In this document: positions 13,061-26,279 of the stretch, piece after piece
How the letters are laid out: each line of letters starts with the position of its first letter
Numbering within the stretch: position 1 is the stretch's first letter
The notes under the pieces: model-generated
The model's input: the letters and a program-made list of their open reading frames with translations, nothing else
Database searches by the model: none
Told to the model about the DNA's origin: nothing
Assembly (NCBI GenBank): GCA_024137785.1
Contig: JAHRHZ010000002.1
Location: 10,705,263 to 10,769,262 of the forward strand
DNA: 64,000 bases
From: Ginglymostoma cirratum
Taxonomy: Eukaryota
Reading direction: 5' to 3'
Program-made: the position numbers and the translations under genes

Positions 13061-14018
13061 AACTTCATCAGTGACCTCCCCTCCACCATAACGTCAGAAG
13101 TGGGGATGTTCGCCAATGATTGCACAATGTTCAGCACCATTTGTGACTCTTCAGATACTGAAGCAGTCCATGTTCACATACAACAAGATTTGGACAATAT
13201 CCAGGCTTGGGCTGACAAGTGGCAAGTGACATTCGCACCACAAATGCCAGGCTATGACCGTCACCAATAAGAGACAATCTAACCACTGTCCCTTGACATT
13301 CAATGGTGTTACCATCACTGAATCCCCCACTATCAACATCCTGAGGGTTATCATTGACCAGGAGCTCAACTGGACTCACCACATAAACACAGTGGCTACA
13401 AGAGCAGGCCAGAAGCTAGGAATACTGCGGTGAGTATCTCACCTCCTGACTCCTCAAAGCCTGTCCACCATCTACAAGGCATAAGTCAGGAGTGTGATGG
13501 AATACTCCCCACTTGCCTGGATGGGTGCAGCCCCAACAACACTCATGGAGCTGACACCATCCAGGACAAAGCAGCCCACTTGATTGGCTCTACATCCACA
13601 AGCATCCACTCCCTCCACCACCGACGCTCAGTAGCAGCCGTGTGTACTATCTACAAGCTGCACTGCAGAAATTCACCAAAGGTCCTCAGACAGCACCTTC
13701 CAAACCCACAACCACTTCCACCTAGAACAACATGGGCATCAGACATATGGGAACACCACCACCTCCAAGTTCCCCTCCAAGACATTCACCAATCATGACT
13801 TGGAAATATATTGCCATTCCTTCACTGTCTCTGGGTCAAAATCTTGGAATTCCCTTCCTAATAGCATTGTGAGTCAACCTACAGCAAGTGGACTGCAGTG
13901 GTTCAAGAAGGCAGCTCACCACCACCTTCTCAAAGGGGCAACTAGGGACGGGTAATAAGTGCTGGGCCCAGCCAGTGACGCCCACATCCCACAAAAAAAA
14001 AATGAATAGAAAAAAAAA
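13061..14018 (+). mobile_element. 5'-truncated CR1/L2-group LINE (RT C-terminus plus 3'UTR)
   Basis: FISDLPS..EVGMFANDCT..QQDLDNIQAWADKWQVTFAP; A-rich end. Confidence 0.85.
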
Positions 14019-14078
14019 CTGTCTGCATGGGGTTCCTCTGGGGCACTCCGGTTTCCTCCCATGGCCAAAGATGTGCAG

Positions 14079-14180
14079 AACTCTGAGGAAGGGTCACTGG
14101 ACCAAATATGTTAATTCTGATTTCTCTCCACAGATGCTGCCAGACCTGGTGACCTCTTCTAGCATTTTCTGTTCTTATTA
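14079..14180 (+). mobile_element. Penelope-derived mini-element with 14-bp TSD
   Basis: TSD CCAAAGATGTGCAG at 14065-14078 and 14181-14194. Degenerate CTGAGGAAGGGTC hammerhead remnant. Confidence 0.75.
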
Positions 14181-15619
14181 CCAAAGATGTGCAGGTCAGG
14201 TGGACTGGCCATCCTAAATTGCCCATAGTATCTAAGGATGTGTAGGGTAGGTGGATTAGCCGTGGGAAATGCAAGGTTACAGGGAGAGGTTAGAGAAGTG
14301 GGTCTGGGTGGGATGCTCTTTGGAAGGTCGGTGTGGACACAATGGCCTGCTTCCACACTGTAGGGATTCTATGAAGTCAATAAACATCATAGAGTACAGA
14401 GCAGTTTGTCAACAACATACTAGTGTCTTCAGTGAGTCCTTGACCTACCATTAGTCGCCTAGCTGCTATCCAGGTGGCCAAAAACTGTCTTCCCCTCTGC
14501 ATCCTGTTTTCCCAACTCTTGAATGAGCAACATTCCAGAGAGGGCAAAGGAAACACACTAAGAGTAAACTTGAGGAAAGGCTCACTGTTGATGTTAATGA
14601 CTGGGAGAAGATTTCTACCCATCTTCAAGAATATAGCAAGACGTCCATCAATCTGCATTGGGCTTGGAGTCACAGCACCTTGATCATGAGGCAGGCTGCC
14701 TGTAGAGAAGGAAAGAAATGGAAGCACTTCAGATCCCTTGAGGTGTGCTGCTGTACGTGCCTAAGGACCTGTGGGTCAGATGTGAGTCTGCTCAGTCACA
14801 AGAAAGCGCATGACAGAAATTTGGAGCTCTGAGTAAAATTGATCCTCAACCTGAAAGACAGCCAATGGCTTTCTGTGTCATTCTGCCTGTGGAGACACCT
14901 TCAGCAATATTCTCCTGGTGTGTTATTTTGGTATCGCACACAGTCTTCCTGCACATTCACAAATAGATATACAAACACACACAACTTTTAGCAACATCCT
15001 CCTGTTGGATAAAAATAGAAACTGCTTAGCAGAGCTGGAAGTGCACGTGGACAGAGAACCAGAGTCTTGAGTCTGATATGACCGTTCTTCGGAACTGAAA
15101 AGTCAATTGGGCTCAAAACTCTGTTTCTCTCTCCACAGATGGTACAAGTCCTGCTGAGTTTCTCCAACACTTTCGGCTTGTATCACAGATTACCAGCCTT
15201 CCATGGACTTTGATTATGTCACCCTTTCTACATCACATACTTTTCTTCGATTTTGTTCTGATCATATACCTCTACTGCTGATGTTCTGATCTCACCTCAT
15301 TTGGTCTCGTGCTCTCTATCTCTAACTATATATCTATTTATCTAACTCCAGCTCATCAAATTGCCTTGATCCTTTGCACTTTGCAAACTATGAAGTCAGT
15401 AAACATCGTAGGGCACAGAATTGTTGTCATCCACATACCAGCATCTGCAGTGTGCCCTTGATCTATCATCAGTGAGCTAAATACTATCCAGGTGGCCAAA
15501 AGCTGTATTCCCCTTTGCGTCCTGTTTTATCAGCTCTCAAATGGCCAACATTCCACAGAGGACAAAGGAAATACACTAAGGATGAACTTGAGGAATGGCA
15601 CTGTTACACACCAGCTACA

Positions 15620-16900
15620 CAGCTGGCGCCATCTCCTTGACCCTACACTCATCCCCGGAACATCTAGACAGCTAAGATACCTATGTGAGCTGACTACAGT
15701 TTCGTCTTTAGCACCATAAGTCCAAACAAACTCATCTCTATCCCACCTCTGCAATTGGATCCTTGACTTTTTGACCCATGGACCACAGTCAGTAAGAATA
15801 GGTGACGACACCTGCTCCACTTTGATCCTCAACACCAATGCCCCACAAAGCTGTGTAGTCAGCCCATTACTATACTCCATATAAATCACGACCTTGTGGC
15901 TAAATTCCACCTGAACTCTATTGACGAGTTTGCTGACGACACCAGTGCATTGGGGCGGGTCTCAAACAATGATGAGACAGAATACAGGAGATTGAGTGCT
16001 CAGCAGTATAGTGTAAGGGGAACAATCTCTCCCCATAAATGTCAACAAAACAAAGGAGCTGGTCATTAGGAAGTGGAGTGGAGGGCACGCCCCTGTCTGT
16101 ATCAATGGTGCTGGGGTGGAGATGGTCAAGAGTGTCTAGTTCCTGGGAGTGATGATCACCAACAATCTGTCCTGGTCCACCCACGTTGACACTATGATCA
16201 AGAAAGCACAATAAAACCTCCACTTCCTCAGGAGGCTAAGGAAATTCAGCAGGTCCACAAAGACTCTGACCAATTTTTACAAATGCACTATAGAAAGCAT
16301 CCTATCCAGATGCATCACATCTTGGTATGGCAACTGCTCTGCTCAGGTCCGCAAGAAACTACAGAGGGGTCGTTGACACAGCCCAGTCCATCATGCAAAC
16401 CAGCCTCCCATCCACTGAGGAGCAGGAAAGTTGACCCTTCAGGGACCCTTCATCAGGTACCGACCTAAAACGTGGACTTTGCTGCTCCTCTGATGCTGTC
16501 AGACCTGCTGTGCTCCACATTTTTATCCACTCTGACTTCCAGTATCTGCAGTCCTTGCTATCTCCTTCCACCCATTGACTGCATCTATACTTCTCACCAC
16601 CTCGGGAAAGCAACCAACTTAATCAAAGACCTCTTCCGTCATGCACAAGATATGTAAAAGTTTGTATACATACATGAAAAGATTCAATAACAGCTCTTCC
16701 CCGCTGTTATCAGATTTCTGAATGGACTTCTCAAATTTTAAATTTAATGTTGACCTCTTGTGCACCTTCTCTGTAGCCGTACTACTCCCCTAGTGCACTT
16801 TGTATGTTATGATCTGCCTATACTGCACACAAAACAAAAGTTTTCACCAAACCTAGGTACATATGACAATATTAAATCGAATCAAATCAAATCGAATCAA
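15620..16900 (+). mobile_element. Rex1/Babar-like LINE, 3' half, decayed (Penelope fold-back insert at ~16420-16565)
   Basis: [30 protein letters not shown] and EFADDT RT motifs; AATCA/AATCG tail repeats. Confidence 0.85.
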
Positions 16901-17349
16901 ATGTCAGCATCTGCTGTTTTCTTCCTCTCCTACTGCCCTCAGTCGTCTCTCCCTACCACCATCTGCTGATATCTTCATCTCCCTGCACCCATAAGAATTA
17001 AAACACATTTACAGAACCTCCTATTTACATGAAAGCAAATACCCAGCAGATTGTGAACTATCATATTCCAACGGGAATTTGTACGGCTAGATCTGTGCTT
17101 GCTCATCGCTTCATGGAGAGAGGAGAAGGCTATGTAGCACATCCATGTGTGTTGTTTTTATTGCAAAGAATGTACTGTAATCATTAAAAAAATCTACACG
17201 TACAAAAAAAGGTTCCTAATCTGTTCCTTGCAGTCTTTGCAGAGATATAAAAGAGATGCAAACCATATGTCGCACTTTGACATCCTAAAGACTGTGCATT
17301 TTTTTTAATGAATAAAGTGTGTTTTTGGAAATAAAAAAAAACTAACCGT

Positions 17350-18540
17350 CCAGCTGCAAAATCAAAGGTAATTTTAACTCATGCAGGAAACATATTTACG
17401 TACACTTGGAGGCAGCGAGGGTCTAAGAATGAAATAGACCCCTATTGTACTTCAGCAGAAAGACCTCAGACGGTGGTCCTTCCCCACTGCCCGTTGGCAG
17501 CAGCTGCCCCAAGCTTTAATGTGTCCCTCAGCACATAGTCCTGGACCTTGGAATGTGCCAGTCTACAACACCCTGTCAAGGTCAACTCCTTGCTCTGAAA
17601 GACCAACAAGGTTCAGGTAGACCAAAGAGAGTCTTTCACAGAGCTGATGGTCCTCCAGGTATAGTTGATGTTTGTCTCAGTGTGCATCCTGGGGAACAGA
17701 CAGTAGAGCACAGAGTCCCGCGTCACAGAGCTGTTCGGGATGAACCTCGACAAAAACCACTACATCTCTCCCCAGACTTCCTTAGCAAAGGCACATGCTA
17801 GAAGGAGATGTGTGCTAGTTTATATCCCCCGTAGCCATTTCGAGGGCAGTGTGAGGTGGTGCAGAGAGTCAGGGCACACATGAAGGATCTCACTGGCAGT
17901 GCCCTAATCACGACTAGCTTCGTGATGTCTTGGTGCTTGTTAGAAAGTTTTGGTGATAAGGCATTCTGCCAAATGACTTTGACTTTGTGTGATTCTGCTC
18001 AGGGAACCACGCAATAGAATCCACCCTCTCCTTTTTCCACGGTGTCTCGAGGATGCTGCATGCTGACCACTTCCTGATGCACACTGCACCACTGGTCAAA
18101 GGTGTTTGTGGTGCAGTTTTGAGGAATGGGCCAGACCCACGCTATGTACAACAACAGAGAGAGAGAGACTGCTTCACACCTGAGAATCAGGTTTTTATCC
18201 CCAATGGAGAGGCAGCAGTGCTCCCGAAAGCCTCACCTTGGGAATGCACTCCTCCCAAATTTTGATGCATGCCCCAGCCCCTCCGAACCATATTCCTAGC
18301 ACCTTCAAGTAGTCTATTCTGTCGGTGAAGGGGATAAAGGATCAGTTGGCCCAGTTCCCAAAGAACATGGCCTCGCTCTTGCCTTGATTTACCTGGGCTC
18401 CTGAGGCCAGTTTGAAGGGGTCACAGATGGTCATGAATCTGTGCACTGGCAGCAGATCAGAGCACAAAATGGCAACACCATCCATGGACAGGTAGGCTTT
18501 GAACTGCAGCCCCTCGCTGCCTGGAATTGTCACTCTCTCA
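17350..18540 (-). mobile_element. Tx1/L1-clade LINE fragments
   Basis: Minus-strand RT segment YLSMDGVAILCSD...FKLASGAQVNQGKSEAMFFG plus a C-terminal Cys/His region. Confidence 0.75.
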
Positions 18541-18989
18541 GGCTCACATCTTTCCTTGTTTGTGGTCAAGATTTCCATTGAAACTGGCAACTTTTTAAAA
18601 AGAACATTCAATTTCCAGTTAACGGCTGACAGGGTAACAGGATTTAACTTTTTTTTAAAGGTACTAACTGTAACAAAGGACCTAAAACACGTTTAAGTAA
18701 ACATTAACTGAGTGGGCGACTTGTACTGCAAACCACTGAATGAAATGTTACCTTTTTGTGTTTTGGCACAAAACACAATTGTGCATATTTTCCTGATCAA
18801 TCTACTCACCCAAGTCGTCTGAAATAGGTGGGATTTGAACCGAAGCCTTTAGGGGGTTTAATGAGGCAACAACACCATCACTGTGCCATGAGAAACCTTA
18901 TGACATGACGCAGTCCTTCAAGTAGACATTCACTTCTCCCAGAATCAGTCAAAATGATTCTTAATTCCAAGAGGTTTATGCCTTTTCTT

Positions 18990-19635
18990 GATTCCCTGAA
19001 TGGGATGAGGCAAGTTGAAATAAACGTTAAGAAGGCATACAAGATCTTTGGGTTTATAAATACAGGGACAGAGTATAAAACCACTTCTTCAAATCATTGG
19101 TCAGACCATATTTGGAGTATTGTGTTCAGTTCTGGGCAGATTACATAAGGGAGGATGTTAAAGCCCTGGAGAGAGTTCAAAGGCTATTTACTAGAATGAT
19201 ACCAGGAATAAGGAATTTTAGATACCAGGAAAGATTAGAGAGATTGGGCCTACAATCTTTGGAGCAGAGAAGATTAAGCAGTGACCTTATTGAGGCGATC
19301 AAGATTAAGATTAAGTTTTGACAGTGTCAAGAAGGATATCTTGCTTCTACCAGTTGGCTATGTCAGTCAGTAGGGGTTGCAATTTTAAGATGGTCAGCGG
19401 GACAGTTAGGAGTGGGTTGAGGAGAAACTCCTTCACTCAGAGTTGTTCGGGTTTGGAATGCACTACCTGGGAGAGTGGTGGAGACAGATTCCATGGGAGG
19501 TTTCAAAAGAGAGCTGGATATTTATTTGAAATTGATGACTTTAGACGATTATGTGGATAATGCTGCGGAATGGGGCTAGCTGGGTAGCTCTTTTGGGAGC
19601 TGGCAAAGACAGGATGGGTCAAATATCCTCCTCTA
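18990..19635 (+). mobile_element. CR1 (HER1-like) LINE 3' fragment
   Basis: VRPYLEYCVQFW..ALERVQRLFTRMIPG..LEQRRLSSDLIE. Confidence 0.85.
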
Positions 19636-20895
19636 GAACATAAGATATAGGATCAGAATTAGGCCATTTGATCCACTGAGTCCACTCCACCGTATAATCA
19701 TAGCTGCTTTGTTTCTCAATCCTATTCTCCTGTCTTCTCCCTGTAACCCTTAATCCCCTTAATAATCAAGAATCTATCTGTCACTGTCTTAAATAAACTC
19801 AATGACTTGGCCTCTACAACCTTCTGGGGCAATGCGATCTGCAGATTCATCACTCTCTGGCTGAAGAAATTCCTCCTCATATCAGTTCAAAAAGGGTGTC
19901 CCTTCACTCTGAGCCTGTGCCCTCAGCTCCTAGTCTCTCCTGGGAGTAGAAGCAACTTCTCCACGTCCACTGCTTCCAGGCCTCTCAGTTTTCTTTAAGT
20001 TTCAATCAGATCCTACCCCTCATCCTTCTAAGCACTATAGAGTATAGAACCAGAGTCCTCAACTTCTCATCATATGATGGGCCTGTCATCCCCAGGATCA
20101 TTCTTGTTAACCTCTTTTGGATCTTGTCCAAAACCAACACATCCATCCTTAGATATTGGGACTAAGACTGCTCACAATATTCCAAGTGCAGTCTGACCAG
20201 AGCCTTATACAGCTTCAGCAGCACATCCTTACTCTTGTATTCTAGTCCTCTAGAAATGAATGCTAACACAGCATTTGCCTTCCTAACTGCCAACTGAACC
20301 TGCGTGTTATCCTTAAGAGAATCCTGAACTAGTACTCCCAAGTCTCTTTGTGCCTTACTTTGCCTGGAAGATAGTCTACACCTGTATTCTTCCTACCAAA
20401 GTGCATAACCTCACACTCTCATGCTGTATTACATCTGCCACTTCTTTGTTCACTCTCCTAAACTGGCCAAGTCCTTTTGCAGCCTTTCCATTTGCTCAAT
20501 ACTGCCTGTCCCTTCCACTTATCTTTATGTCACCTGCAAATTTGGCAACAATGCCCTCAGTTCCTTCATTCAGTTTGTTAATGTACGATGTCAACAGTTA
20601 TGGTTCCAATATTGACCCCTGTCGAACTCCAGTAGTCACCAGCTGCCATCCTGAAAAAGACCCCTTTATCCCCACTCTCTATCTTCTGCCAGTTGGCCAA
20701 TCCTCTATCCATGCCACTACCTTATCCCTAACATCGCAGGCTCTTATCTTGTGCAGCAGCTTTCTGTGTGGCACCTTGTCAAATGCCTCCTGGAAATTCA
20801 AATGGATCACATCTCCTTGGCTTTCCATTGCATAACCTGCTCGCTACTTCCTCAAAGAATTCTTTCAAATTTGTTAGGTATGACCTCCCTTTGAT
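19636..20895 (-). mobile_element. CR1 LINE 3' fragment
   Basis: Minus-strand CR1 RT segment (FQEAFDKVPH, KFAGD) and a ttctatgttct-type tail. Confidence 0.85.
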
Positions 20896-21269
20896 GAATC
20901 AAACATCACCTAAGTCCTCTAGCCCTCCTGGAGAGAAACAGGGCATGAGCAACCCTATGCCCAGAGGAAGAAGGAGAGAAGGGAAGAGAAGAGAAGAGGT
21001 GTAAAGTGAAAAGAAGGGAATGAGAACAAAGGAATTGTGCGGCCTGAGCAGTCGAACATTCCAAGTAGTGTGTTTTGATGTAAGTGCACTGTTGAGTTAA
21101 TAAAAGGGTGACTGGTGTGGTTTCTTTAACTGTTTACAATTGTATTTGGGAATATTTTGATATATGGATATTTTTGATAATTGTGATAGTTGGTATTTTT
21201 GGATACTTTGTATTTGAGGCTTTAGAGAATAAAGGAGTGAATTGATTAAGTTAGGACTGTGTGCCTTCT

Positions 21270-22443
21270 TGATTGATTGGATCACTTATTATCACGTGTA
21301 TTCTATGTAAAAATACTGTGAAAAGTGTGTACCTTCACCATTCATACATGGTGCCATTCACATTAACTTACAAAAAGATAAGGGAAAAAGATCACAACAG
21401 AGTCCAACTTTCCTTTCCACTGCTGCAGTCTGACTCTGGGAATTCCAGCCCTTGCCATGCCTGTTCCAGGGGCACACTTATATAATTACTGCCTCACCGT
21501 CCCCATTCTCACTGTCACTGCCTCACCGGCCCCGCTCTCAACGTCACTGCCTCACCGGCCCTGATCCCACCATCACTGCCTCACTGGAACCATTCTCACC
21601 ATCACTGCCTCACTGGCCCATTCTCACAGTCACTGCCTCACCGGCCCCGTCTCTGCCTCATCGGACCCACTCTCACCATCACTGCCTCACTGGCTCATTC
21701 TCAGTGTCAGTGCCTCTCCGTCCCCGCTCTCACTGCCGCTGCCTCACCGTCCCCGCTGTCACAATCACTGCCTCACTGGCCCACTGTCACCATCACTGCC
21801 ACCGGACCCATTCTCATCATCACTCACTGGCCCATACTCACCGTCACTGCCTCAACGGCCACACTCTCACCATTACTGCCTCAGCGGCCCCGGTCTCACT
21901 GTCAATGCCTCACCGACCACAGTCTCACTGTCTCTGCCTCACCGGCCCCACTCTCACCGTCACTGCCTCACTGACTCCACTCTCATTTTCACTGCCTCAC
22001 TGTCCCCTCTCTCACCGTCACTGCCTCAGCGTCCGAACTCTCACCATCACTGCCTCACTGGCCCACTCTCACTATCACTGTATCACCGTCCCCCTATCAC
22101 TGTCTCTGCCTCACTGTCCCCCTATCACTGTCACTGTCTCACCGTCCCGCTCTCGCCGGCCCACCCTTGACCTGACACCCTCGCTCTGGCTCACGATCAA
22201 TCTGCAACCGCGGCAGGACTCAAAACATATGTGTTCAGCTCCCACCATCTGGCTCCCAGTCATGACCCAGCTCCTCCCAAACTCCTGGGTAGGTAGTGGA
22301 AAGGGATGGGGGGGATAGATGTACAACAGAGGTAGAGAGAAGAAGTGAGGAACAAAAAGGAAGAACAAAGAAAGAAAGAGAAAGAGAACTGGCAAGCAGA
22401 GTGGCTCTCCAATTGAAGCGAATCACCATGCTGCCATCGTGGC
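21270..22443 (-). mobile_element. Non-autonomous retroposon with an internal 29-bp minisatellite and Rex1-like tail
   Basis: Minus strand: CCACGATGGCAGC start, pyrimidine tract, minisatellite, then cttttcacagt...tacacgtgataataag and (CAAT)n. Confidence 0.5.
21485..22160. repeat. Degenerate 29-bp minisatellite, about 23 copies (TCACTGCCTCACYGGCCCCACTCTCACCR)
   Basis: Unit starts at 21515, 21544, 21573, 21602 and so on. It explains ORF 21452-22318. Confidence 0.92.
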
Positions 22444-22964
22444 ATCATCTAGAATCACTTTCACTGATGTTAACTGTTGTTTCAGAGGCAGTCAACATTT
22501 AACATGTAATTAACACTTTGGAAGGATCTTTTGTGCCGCAAAAGTGAGCTTTCCATGGACATGTAACATTTAGGGCATTCTCATGTCAAAGGGGTGTTAC
22601 GTTTGGCCAAAATAATCGTCACATGCAGACATGTTACTGACAAGAGTGGGAGGAATGTGCAGCAAGTCAGCATCGCAGTGAAGCAGGCTGGGGAAAACAG
22701 AACTGTGTGAGAATAGTATCAGCGATAGCAGATAAAAACAAATGACAATGAGCACCTTTCTACCCGCCTGAGGCAAAAAAATGACTTCACAGGATATGGT
22801 TTGTGACAGTGTTCCCTCTGAACTGCAGTCACTTTGAGATTCCCTCTGAGTGAGGAGGTGAACAAAAATCAAAGTGAGACGGGAAGGAGCAGATAGTATG
22901 AACAGAAGAGTGCAACAGAAATGAGAACCAGAATAAGTAATAAAGATAAACTATCAAAGCTTAT

Positions 22965-23480
22965 AAAGAGATGTACAGCACAGAAACAGACCCTTCAGTC
23001 CAACTTGTCCATGCTGACCAGATATCTTAAGTTAACCTCGTCCCATTTGCCGGCATTTGGCCCATTTCCCTCTAAGCCCTTCCTATTCCAGGTGTCTTTT
23101 AAATGTTGTAATTGTACCAGCCTCCACCACTTCCTCTGTCAGCTCATTCCATACACGCACCACCTTCTGCATGAAAAAGTTGTCCCTCAGGTCCCTTCTT
23201 TATTTTTCGCTTCTCATCTTAAACCTATGCACTCAAGTTTTGGACTCCTTTATCCTGGAAAAAAAGACCTCAGCTATTCACTCTATCCATGCCCCTCATG
23301 ATCTTATAAACCTCTATACCGCAGCCTCTGACGCTTCAGGGAAAATAGCCCCAGCCTATTCAGCCTCTCCCTATAGCTCAAACACCCCAACCCAGCAACA
23401 TCCTTGTTAAAATCCTTTCTGCACCTTTTCAAGTTTGACAATATCCTTTCTAGAACAGGGAGACCAGAAATGAATGGAGT
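22965..23480 (-). mobile_element. CR1/HER1 LINE 3' fragment
   Basis: Same 3' sequence as 35308-35856 and 43427-43985. Confidence 0.8.
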
Positions 23481-23729
23481 ACTCCATCAAGTCTCTTTAT
23501 TTGAATGCACACACTGTATTTGTAATAAGATAGATAAGTTCACAGCACAAATATACAGGAATGCATATGATTTGATAGCTGTTATACAGATGTGGTGGTA
23601 GCATGACCAATGCAGGGAACTCAATATTTAATGGTATTCCTTCTTCTGAAAAATTGAAAGAAAGGAAACGGAGGTGGGGTGCCATTGTTAATAAAGGACT
23701 TTTTCAGTGTTCTAGTGAGCAGTATCATC

Positions 23730-24465
23730 ATAGAACCCCTACAGCATGGAAATAGGCCCTTCGGCCCAACAAGTCTACATTGATCATCAGAGCATCCCAC
23801 CCAGACACATTCCCCCTATAAGCCACCTAATCTATGCATCCCTGAAGAGTATATGGGCAATTTAGCATGGCCAACCCAGCTAGCCTGCACATCTTTGGCT
23901 TGTGGGAGGAAACCCACACAGCCATGGGTAGAATGTGCAAATTCCACATAGACTGAGGGTGGCATTGAACCCAGGTCCCTGGTGCTGTGAGGCAGCAGTG
24001 CTAACCACCAAGCCACTGTGAAAGAGGTGTAGTAGACTGTGATGTTAAATCAATTTGGGTGCAACAAAGGAAGGAAATTGTAGGTAGGTCTTGCCTATCA
24101 GCCCTGAAGATTTGCCTTACTGAGGGAGAAAGTATCAATCAGGAAACAATGAAGGTGTGCATCATCACAGAATCCCTACAGTGTGCAAGCAGGTCATTTC
24201 AGCCACTGACAAGGACCCCAACCAGACCCATCTTGTAACTCTGCACTTCCCATGGCTAAACCAGTTAGCCTACACATCCCTGGACACTATGGACAACTTA
24301 GCATGGGCCAATCCAACTAGCCTGCACATCTTTGAACTATGGGAGGAAACCCACGTAGACACAGCGAGAATGTGCAAGCTCCACACAGACAGTCAGCCAA
24401 GGGTGGGATTGAACCCAAGTCCCTGGTACTGTGAGGCAACAGTGCTAACCACCGAGCCATCATGC
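23730..24465 (-). mobile_element. Two V-SINE (HE1-like) copies (23730-24020 and 24165-24465)
   Basis: Reverse-complement heads, cores and tails. Confidence 0.85.
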
Positions 24466-24479
24466 AGTACACACTGTGG

Positions 24480-25895
24480 AGGTGTGTCAGTTGGTCACTA
24501 AAGTTGTCATGAGTAATTTTAAGCCAAATATTGACTAGACTAATTAGATGAACAATGAAAACATGGAAGACTAATTTGCAAAGCATAAACTTTTCTTGTG
24601 GCAGCAAGTTCCAAAGCTGCCTGGGGAGCTATTTCAGATCTAGTAATGTGCAATAAGATTGGATTACTAAGAGATCTCAGAGTTAAGGATCCTCCAGGAG
24701 GTAACGATCACAGTATGGTCCCAAATTTCAAATTCGTTTTGAGGAAGGGCAACTCAGAACTCCAAGCCGTGTCCTCAACTTAAGTAAGGCCAATTACAGA
24801 GATATGAAGATAGAGTTGTCCAAAGCAAGCTGGGTAAAATAGGAGAAAGTCAGTAGTTGAGCAATGGCAAACATTTAAGCAGACATAATGCTCCACAATA
24901 GATTCTCCCACTCAAAAAGATTTGATGAGAAGGATGAACCACTGTGGTTAACAAAAACAGTCAGGGAGAGTATCACATCAAAAACTAAGACATGTGAAGC
25001 CACTAAACTAATGATTAGGCAAAAGATTGAGAATCTATTAGGAACAAGCAGTAGACAACTACAAATCTAATAAAAAGGGAGAAAATTGATGCCATAAAAA
25101 ATAGGCAAGAAATAAGAAAACAAACAATGAGAGTTTCTGTGAGTATATAAAAAGAGATTGGCTAAAGTCAGTATGGGACCCTTAGAGGATGTGACTGGCG
25201 AATTAACAATGGGTAACAGTGGAATGGCAGATAATTTAAAATCAATATTTTATATCAGTTTTCATGTTGGAGTCTACTACAAACATCCAAAAGATTTCAG
25301 ATAAACAAGGTGTTAATGGGAAGAAAGATCTTGTTCCAATCTCTATATGAGGAATAAAGTATTTAACAAACTAATGGAACTGAAGGCAGACAAGTCACCA
25401 GGATATGATGGCCTGCATCTAATTGTTTTAAAGGAAGCTTTTATAGAATCACACAGCATGGAAACAGGCCCTTCAGTCCAACTCATCCTTGCCAACCAAT
25501 TTTCCCAAAGTCAACTAGTCCCATTGTCCTGTGTTGGCCTACATCCCTCTAAACCTTTCCTATTCATGTACCTGTGCAAATGTCTTTTAACTTTTGGAAC
25601 TGTACCTGAATCTACCACTTCGTCTGGCAGTTCATATGAACCTCTGTATGAAAAAGTTGCCTCCCAGGTCCCTTTTAAATCTTTCTCCTCTCACCTTAAA
25701 ATTATGGTCTCTAGTTTTGAACTCCCCTATCCTTAGGGAAAAGAATTTAGCTTTTAAAAACACTTACAAGGTCATCTCTCTGCCTCCTCTACGCAACTGA
25801 AAAAGCCCCAGTTTATCCAACCTCTCCTTATAACTCAAACCGTCCAGCATTGATAATGTCATTGTAAATCTTTTCTTCATCCCTTCCAATTTAAT
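24480..25895. mobile_element. CR1 LINE fragments (+ strand ORF2 middle 24480-25440; - strand 3' end 25443-25895)
   Basis: DLVMCN..DPPGGNDHSMV and KADKSPGYDGLH.VLKE motifs; HER1-like tail on the minus strand. Confidence 0.75.
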
Positions 25896-26279
25896 AGATG
25901 TGGGCATCACTAGATGGGCTAGCATTTATTGCCCATCCTGTGCACTGCTTGAAATACATTTGTTATATGTAGACACACAACACCATTAAGGAGGGAGTTC
26001 CAGTAACACTGAAGGTAAGGTGGCATGATTCCAAGTCTGAATGATAAGTGGCTTGAAGGGGAACTTACAGGTTGTGATGGTTCCACATATCAGAGAGTGA
26101 GTGAATGTTTGTGGATGTGGTGCCATTCAAACTTCTTGAGTGTTGTTGACGCTGCACTCATCCAGTGGGGAACATTCCATTACACTGCTGACTTGTGCCT
26201 TGTAGATGGTGGACAGGATTGGAAGTTTCAAGAGGTGGGTTGCTGCAGGATACCTCGCCTCTGACCTGTTGGTGTCTTC

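Larger units (their letters stand above)
12991..14375 (+). mobile_element. V-SINE (HE1-like) split by a LINE and by a hammerhead mini-element
   Basis: Head at 12991-13060, core resumes at about 14019, tail at 14181-14375. Confidence 0.8.
11870..14740 (+). mobile_element. Old RTE-clade LINE, fragmented by younger insertions
   Basis: RT motifs QSGFRSSRGTSSMVF (~11912), QFADDCT (~12698), FPYLGS (~12877) and C-terminal LPLCILFSQL (~14490). A second copy of the 3' part lies at 15385-15605. Confidence 0.7.

Noticed and set aside
21452-22318. 288-aa His/Ser/Pro-rich ORF
   Set aside because: Translation of the 29-bp minisatellite; no splice or domain support.
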